Source: Eledone cirrhosa (taxonomy: Eukaryota). Taken from it: a stretch of 64,000 bases of DNA. Shown one piece after another: positions 56,612 to 64,000 of the stretch (positions are counted from its first letter, which is position 1; every line of letters starts with the position of its first letter). The notes beneath the pieces were generated by a model. It saw nothing but the letters and a program-made list of their open reading frames with translations, was not told where the DNA came from and did not search any database. The DNA is taken from assembly GCA_964016885.1 (NCBI GenBank), contig OZ024742.1, forward strand, positions 20,584,001 through 20,648,000. The letters run 5' to 3'. The position numbers were made by a program, and so were the translations under genes.

Positions 56612-58307
56612 CTGATATATTCCATTACTTATTTTTTAGTTTAGGTTCTTTTGTTTACCACCATTATTATCATCATTATTATCATTGGATTTTGACAACT
56701 CTTTATTCTAGCTCTCATAATCTTTTGGCTACTATACCATATCTATCTTCTTACGCATTAAATTTTCACTATTAACACCTTATGAGTATATATCTGATTA
56801 TATATTTTACATTATTTTATTTTATTTCATTTTATTTTATTTTATTTTATTTGGATTCTTCATTGGATAACCCCCCCTCCCCCCATGCGCACATAAACTT
56901 ATTGTCAACCCCTTCACATAGATTATGATTATATTTAATCACCCCATCTTTTACGCTCCTTTTCTATTATTTAATATAGTATATTGACTATAATTTTATG
57001 CTCCTTTGTATCCTTCATACATTTCTTTTTTTCTGTCCCTATTAGCCTACCATAATTCTGCTTAAGTCAGTTTTTTAGATATCGTTATGTAAATGATAGT
57101 AGAAAATTTCATCCCTTTATATATATATTTGTAGCGAAATATTAACGTCTATATATTTTGATTACTTAAACCATAGCTAATATTGTATTGCCTTATTAGA
57201 TATTTTAAATATTTTAAATATTAATTTATCAAATAGGGTTTTCGAGTCATTTACCGGGGTTGTTTCCTAAGTTTTCACTTAACTGCATGTGAGACCTAAC
57301 TATATACTTTTGTTTTTGTTTTTTAATTTCCGGTTGATTCTATTTATTTATTTATTTATAAATACTACTGTGCATTCTATTTACTGTCTGGCCCTTACTC
57401 ACTCATCCACATATATGTCTGTTTACCAACCTTGTAATTATAAGTAATTATATATTATATTATGTTAATTATTTTATATTGCATTTGTTATTGTACAATC
57501 GATCCTTATTACTTACCGTTGATTATATATAACATTATGATATGTAAATTTTATATATCATGTAAGAAGTTTATATTTTTGTACCATCATAATTTTGGGC
57601 ATTGTACAATTTATATTTTTTCTCACCTACTCTGTAACTCTATATGGATTGATTTGTTAACTTGCATGCCATTATATATTATATATTATATATGTTATTA
57701 TATTATTATTATAGTATTATTGTGACATCTATATTGTTTGTGTAAATTAACCGGAGATTATCTATTATTATATTATATTATATGGTATATAATTGTATAG
57801 TTTATTATATATTATATGTGCTACTTATAATCATATCATATTATTACCTCATGTATATTAGATATATGTATTATTACTATTATTATTATTTTTATTCCTA
57901 TCATGCTTATTTATATTTAAACTCTTAATAAGGTTTAATTTGTGCTGTTTAAGATGGATATGTGTATTGATGTATGTGTATGTGTGCGTACGTGTGCGTA
58001 CATATATACATATATATATTGTACGTTTTAATTTTTATTGTAATTTTAATATTGTTACAAGTATATTATATTATATTATATAGTATTATATATAATTCCC
58101 GCTCTATATAACCACCTTTGTTTAGTTCTAGTTTTTTTTTTGCTTTGTACTATATTTGTAATATGATTCTAAATGTTATACACCTCCTTAGTGATTTTTA
58201 TTATATATTTTTACCCATAATCTTGCAATACTTTAGTGTATGTACACTCCATATTCTTCGGAGTTTTCGGCTTGTATAGGCCGATAATACTTCTTGTTGT
58301 TTTAATT

Positions 58308-58345
58308 GCCCTGATGAGTCCTTAATAGGACGAAACATTGTTGGC
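58308..58345 (+). ncRNA. Minimal type I hammerhead in pLTR (other copies: 53395-53432 minus, intact; 53661-53698 plus, mutated core)
   Basis: GCC-CTGATGA-GTCC-TTAATA-GGAC-GAAA-C-ATT-GTT-GGC-T-AATAAA. Confidence 0.8.
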
Positions 58346-58386
58346 TAATAAAGACTTTTGATGTATTGAAGGCTTCTTTGTTTTAC

Positions 58387-58451
<65 letters not shown>

Positions 58452-58455
<4 letters not shown>

Positions 58456-59468
58456 TGAAAAAGAACAAAGGAACTATTATGACATTATAACAAGTTTATT
58501 GCCGACAGCCGTTTCGTCCGACCATATGGTGGGACTTTTCAAGGCATATAACATGTGATTGTAAGTTCATTATTTACATCAACGTATCACTTAAGACTAG
58601 CAGTTTGAAATTGTGGTGTACATCAGCAGCTCCGCTTGTATATTTGGGGTCTATATTCTAAGGGGGCTCCTTTATATTAGTTGTCGGAATTGTAAAAGGG
58701 ATGGGTTATGGGGAGTTAAAAGAATTTGAAAATGTCCTGAGAGTCAGGGATTGAAAGTTAAAAATTAGATAATTTATAATTTAGTTATTAAAAGTAAAAG
58801 ACTTGGGATCTCGTAGAAGCACCCTAAAAAATCCCTCAATAAGTGCATAAAGCTTACAAGCCCCAATAAATTTAACAAACTAGAAGAGATTAAGAGACTA
58901 ATAAAATAAAATAAAAAAATAAAGATATAAAGTTTCCCTAAAAACTATAAAGTTTCCCAAGAAATTCCCCCGAGAGAAAACAATTTCTTTCGAAAGAAAA
59001 AAACCTTCTTTCCCAGAGATCTCGTTAAAAATTATAAATTATCTAATTTTTAACCTTCAATCCCTGACTCTCAGGACATTTTCAAATTCTCTTAACTCCC
59101 CATAACCCATCCCTTTTACAATTCCGACAACTAATATAAAGGAGCCCCCTTAGAATATAGACCCCAAATATACAGGCGGAGCTGCTGATGTACACCACAA
59201 TTTCAAACTGCTAGTCTTAAGTGATACATTGATGTAAATAATGAACTTACAATCACATGTTATATGCCTTGAAAAGTCCCACCATATGGTCGGACGAAAC
59301 GGCTGTCGGCAATAAACTTGTTATAATGTCATAATAGTTCCTTTGTTATTTTTCATTAATATTTCTGCTCTGCTTATACGCATAGAGCTTAACTAGCTAC
59401 CGTCACATATTTGGTAGGTCAGACGTGATCATCGCGATTCACATACGACCTACCATACATCTTGCTTA
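58452..59468. mobile_element. Fold-back PLE-type fragment: arms ~58452-58782 and ~59028-59360, ~105-bp tail
   Basis: Near-identical inverted arms between (TA)n tracts, each with HHR + AATAAA. Confidence 0.8.
59265..59311 (+). ncRNA. Type I hammerhead with U3:A8 core (mirror copy 58500-58546, minus)
   Basis: TGCC-TTGAAAA-GTCC-CACCATATGGTC-GGAC-GAAA-C-GGCT-GTC-GGCA, followed by AATAAA. Confidence 0.8.
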
Positions 59469-59488
59469 TATATATATATATATATATA

Positions 59489-59576
<88 letters not shown>

Positions 59577-59580
59577 CAAC

Positions 59581-59635
<55 letters not shown>

Positions 59636-59844
59636 AAAAAGAAAATGTTCACTCTATATTTGGCTGAATACAATAAAAGTAATCTAAGTTTTTCGAATAT
59701 TAATAATAACATTCGATTCGTTTGCAATTATGCAAACAAGCCACAATTTTATAGCCACATGTCAAGACAAGAGAAATAATGAAGGGTTCACTGACATGGC
59801 TATAAAATTGAGGCGTGTTTGCATAGTTGCAAACAAATCGAATG

Positions 59845-60020
59845 GCAGTATCGGTAGAGGGTTGGACGCCATGCTTTCTAGCATAGTTACGTCCCTTTAC
59901 AGTCTGAGTTCAAATCCCGCCGAGGTTAACTTTGCCTTTCATCCTTACGGGGTCGATAAAATAAAGTACCAGTAATGTACTGGGTAATTGCTGGCCTTGT
60001 GCCTAAAGTAGAAACAATTA
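59845..60020 (+). mobile_element. tRNA-derived SINE
   Basis: GGCAGTATCGGTAGAG...GAGTTCAAATCCCGCCGAGG. Confidence 0.85.
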
Positions 60021-60044
60021 TTAATATTCAAAATATTTTCAAAT

Positions 60045-60094
<50 letters not shown>

Positions 60095-60109
60095 ATAATA
60101 ATAGATTTG

Positions 60110-60147
<38 letters not shown>

Positions 60148-60151
<4 letters not shown>

Positions 60152-60340
60152 AAAAAGTATGACCCCGGCGGCAGTGCTCAAGCCGTTTCGACGGCTATTT
60201 CTAGTCCAGAAATAGCCGTCGAAACGGCTTGAGCTCTGCCGTCGGGGTCATACTTTTTCCTATTTCTCACTCAACTATCCTAAGTATTGAGTACTCTGGT
60301 GCGTTATGGTCCGTCTGGTTCCTTACCACAATTCATTTGT
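60148..60340. mobile_element. PLE family-B short fold-back (centre ~60203)
   Basis: Same sequence and nearly the same junction as 43040-43240. Confidence 0.8.
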
Positions 60341-60376
<36 letters not shown>

Positions 60377-60440
60377 TATCGAATATTAATAATAATATTC
60401 GATTCGTTTGATAACAAACGGCCCGACTAAACCTGTGCCA

Positions 60441-60480
<40 letters not shown>

Positions 60481-60482
<2 letters not shown>

Positions 60483-61015
60483 TGGCTGCAAACTCTGCTA
60501 AGAGTACTGCTATCGCTTGCGAAATTATAGAGTTCGGTGCACTTTTAGGCTACGGTCTGTCACACGAACCTGTGGCATAACTTGAACAAGCAATGCCTAT
60601 GCTTTGAATGTTTTTTAACTGGGGAAAGGCATTGTACTCGACCAATTCCACTTTCTGAGCATCGAAAGCAATAACCGAAAAGGAGAACTGGTCAAGATCA
60701 TCGGATGCTTCCGTAACCGCAGTTTTTTTTTTCAGAATTTCCCTCTCCTACATAGGTATTGTGACAACAACTGAGGGGGGGGGGGGGGGGGGGGGGCGCT
60801 TTCACTACCAGTTAATAAAAAATGAAAAAAAGTACTATTTGGATGGCCGTTGACTCTGCTGAGTTTCTCCGCTATTCGGCGGGCTCTGTATTTCATTCCG
60901 CAGGGTGTCAAAAAATATCACCATCGTCACGAAGAAAGCTCGCTGGGGATTGTCGGTTTAGTCGCCGACGACCCGACCATGCAACAGCTTGTACTGGATT
61001 ACATGTTACCGGTAG
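60481..61015 (-). mobile_element. Diverged RTE-derived element (family of 15396/39648)
   Basis: Reverse complement of GGTAACATGT..TCCAGTACAA...GGTCGGGTCGT.GGCGACTAAAC, with a similar 3' end. Confidence 0.6.
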
Positions 61016-61488
61016 CGATAAAGAGCGACCTGTTTGTAGGAATCATAGACTGTGGTGTTCCTGGTCTGAAGTTTGATCCTGTTCGAGAGTAGGGTTCCCG
61101 GTAAACCATTCCAGTTTATTTCTTTGGGATGTAAAATAAAAACCGAAAAAGATTACATGTACCTCTTGACCAGGATTGAACCTAAGACGAAGATCAAATC
61201 CATAACCATGATCGCCATCGTCTCTAGCACCTACCATTAGGCCACTGAGACAACCACGAAACGCTACTGAAAATTCATACTTATAAACCTTCTTTCAAAA
61301 TTTTCAATGCAAAATGATGTTGTGTCGCTGGTCTTTCTTAATATACATATGTGTGTGTGCGCGCACATATATATGTGTCTGTATGTGTGTATCTGTAAGT
61401 GTATCTTTGTGTGTGTGAGCGCGTTTATATATTGTATTTTTAAGATGTGTTGAATTTATCATGAATATATAGTGGATACGAATATATG

Positions 61489-61572
<84 letters not shown>

Positions 61573-61670
61573 TCATCATCATCATTCGTCGACTACTGTC
61601 GAGATGACGGATCTCACTCTCATGCCCAAGAATTCCCTGTCCCCCATCGCTATATATATATATATATATA

Positions 61671-62350
61671 TAACAAAGGAATTATGGTAAGGAACCAAAT
61701 GGACCATAACGCACCAGAGTACTCAATACTTAGGGTAGTAGAGTGGGAAATAGGAAAAAGTATGACCCCGACGGCAGAGCTCAAGCCGTTTCGACGGCTA
61801 TTTCTGGACTAAATTAGAATTTTTAGCCTGGTGAATAAATAGCCGAACTTGTCAAGGGGGTACTTCCTTATATGGGAAGATTGTAGTTGTCAAGAGGATT
61901 GGTTTAAAATTGTTGTAAACACAAATAAGTCTATCATGGTATTTGTTGGGTGGTAGGGGTGGCTCAACTTGCCTGTAGAACAATAGGGGGGTGGGGGGTG
62001 GAGTCGGTCAAGCGTTGAAAGTGATATGTTGCCTGTAGAACAATAAGGGGTGAGTGGAGTCGGTCAAGCGTTGAAAGTGATATGTACATATGACTTTCAA
62101 CGCTTGACCGACTCCTCACACCGCCTCTTGTTCTACAGGCAAGTTCAGCCACCCCTATATATCACCAAATGCTATGATAAACTTATTTTGTTTACAACAA
62201 ATTTTAACCAATCCTCTTGACAACTACACGCTTCCCATATAAGGAAGTACCCCTTTGACAAGTTCGGCTATTTATTCATCAGGCTAAACATTCTAATTTA
62301 TAAATAGCCGTCGAAACGGCTTGAGCTCTGCCGTCGGGGTTATACTTTTT

Positions 62351-62353
<3 letters not shown>
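61671..62353. mobile_element. PLE family-B fold-back with complete HHRs in both arms
   Basis: Arms ~61751-62085 and ~62088-62353; tail 61671-61750; (TA)n on both sides. Confidence 0.85.
61765..61861 (-). ncRNA. Family-B type I hammerhead with U3:A8 core (mirror copy 62249-62340, plus)
   Basis: ACCCCC-TTGACAA-GTTCGGCTATTT...AAATAGCCGTC-GAAA-CGGC-TTGAGCTCT-GCC-GTC-GGGGT. Distal helix I AAGTA/TACTT; full 5-bp helix III. Confidence 0.75.
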
Positions 62354-62387
<34 letters not shown>

Positions 62388-62603
62388 GTTAAAAATGTAC
62401 ATCTACATATGCATACTGAAATACTAGTGTGTATATGAATACACACACGTATACATATGTAGGTGTACCAAGTCTTTCACTGGTCGCTTTACAGTGAGCG
62501 GCCCAGCTATTCTGTATGTAAACACACAGACAAACCGGTTTTTAGAGTCATACTGGTTTTTGGGGGAACACCTTCCCCCTATTCTCCAGAAAGCCAGACA
62601 AGG

Positions 62604-62648
62604 AATATTGAACTAGTTTCGTTGTTGTTACAACTCATCAGCAATATT
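62604..62648 (-). ncRNA. Type I hammerhead ribozyme, monomer 1
   Basis: AATATTG-CTGATGA-GTTG-TAACAA-CAAC-GAAA-C-TA-GTT-CAATATT; predicted cut between 62611 and 62610. Confidence 0.88.
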
Positions 62649-63070
62649 TACCTATCTACCAGCCTTTCTGGAGAATTGTAAAAGCACATATCGTTATATG
62701 CTTTTTCTATGAAAATTAGTAGTGGGCAGACTAATTTGCATAGAGTGTGAGTACGCACCGGTTCAGCGGAGACGATAAAAACAAATAACGAAACGAAATT
62801 AAATTTCGTTTCGTTTGTAACTCACTTTTGTATGACTGACGCTTAAACAATTAAGTTAAAAATGTACATCTACATATGCATACTGAAATACTAGTGTGTA
62901 TATGAATACACACACGTATACATACGTAGGTGTACCAAGTCTTTCACTGGTCGCTTTACAGTGAGCGGCCCAGCTATTCTGTATGTAAACACACATACAA
63001 ACCGGTTTTTAGAGTCATACTGGTTTTTGGGGGAACACATTCCCCCTATTCTCCAGAAAGCCAGACAAGG

Positions 63071-63115
63071 AATATTGAACTAGTTTCGTTGTTGTTACAA
63101 CTCATCAGCAATATT
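63071..63115 (-). ncRNA. Type I hammerhead ribozyme, monomer 2
   Basis: Identical to 62604-62648. Confidence 0.88.
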
Positions 63116-63537
63116 TACCTATCTACCGGCCTTTCTGGAGAATTGTAAAAGCACATATCGTTATATGCTTTTTCTATGAAAATTAGTAGTGGGCAGACTA
63201 GTTTGCATAGAGTGTGAGTACGCACCGGTTCAGCGGAGACGATAAAAACAAATAACGAAACGAAATTAAATTTCGTTTCGTTTGTAACTCACTTTTGTAT
63301 GACTGACGCTTAAACAATTAAGTTAAAAATGTACATCTACATATGCATACTGAAATACTAGTGTGTATATGAATACAAACACGTATACATATGTAGGTGT
63401 ACCAAGTCTTTCACTGGTCGCTTTACAGTGAGCGGCTCAGCTATTCTGTATGTAAACACACAGACAAACCGGTTTTTAGAGTCATACTGGTTTTTGGGGG
63501 AACACCTTCCCCCTATTCTCCAGAAAGCCAGACAAGG

Positions 63538-63582
63538 AATATTGAACTAGTTTCGTTGTTGTTACAACTCATCAGCAATATT
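63538..63582 (-). ncRNA. Type I hammerhead ribozyme, monomer 3
   Basis: Identical to 62604-62648. Confidence 0.88.
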
Positions 63583-64000
63583 TACCTATCTACCAGCCTT
63601 TCTGGAGAATTGTAAAAGCACATATCGTTATATGCTTTTTCTATGAAAATTAGTAGTGGGCAGACTAATTTGCATAGAGTGTGAGTACGCACCGGTTCAG
63701 CGGAGACGATAAAAACAAATAACGAAACGAAATTAAATTTCGTTTCGTTTGTAACTCACTTTTGTATGACTGACGCTTAAACAATTAAGTTAAAAATGTA
63801 CATCTACATATGCATACTGAAATACTAGTGTGTATATGAATACACACACGTATACATACGTAGGTGTACCAAGTCTTTCACTGGTCGCTTTACAGTGAGC
63901 GGCCCAGCTATTCTGTATGTAAACACACAGACAAACCGGTTTTTAGAGTCATACTGGTTTTTGGGGGAACACCTTCCCCCTATTCTCCAGAAAGCCAGAC

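Larger units (their letters stand above)
62382..64000 (-). repeat. 467-bp tandem array with one hammerhead per monomer (candidate non-LTR retrozyme); runs off the window
   Basis: Units start at 62382, 62849, 63316 and 63783 and differ by only a few SNPs; the array abuts (TA)n. Confidence 0.95.

Noticed and set aside
62463-63615. 72-aa ORF repeated in each 467-bp unit
   Set aside because: GTG start, no recognisable motif, antisense to the ribozyme; repeated only because the DNA is.

Overview
AT-rich, microsatellite-dense animal DNA made almost entirely of repeats. The SINE and microsatellite make-up suggests a cephalopod such as an octopus, but that is an inference. I found no convincing host gene. 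Contents: (1) many Penelope-like elements (PLEs), including a decayed full-length RT+GIY-YIG copy with pseudo-LTRs (53378-58391), a 5'-truncated copy with a 643-bp inverted arm (271-2923), and many fold-back 3' fragments, nearly all inserted in (TA)n tracts; (2) a Tx1/L1-clade LINE (minus, ~32840-38030); (3) an internally deleted Helitron (9463-12307); (4) R4-like and RTE fragments and tRNA-derived SINEs; (5) a ~10-kb satellite of 26-bp units; (6) a 467-bp tandem array running off the right end. The main hidden signal is RNA structure. By eye I count about 25 hammerhead-ribozyme (HHR) motifs from more than ten sequence families. Each 467-bp monomer carries a canonical type I HHR with a long extended helix I, which makes the array a candidate retrozyme/circular-RNA system. 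Three unrelated families independently carry the compensatory U3:A8 core (UUGANAA) with a GUC cleavage site. All folds were assigned by inspection; no self-cleavage activity has been shown.
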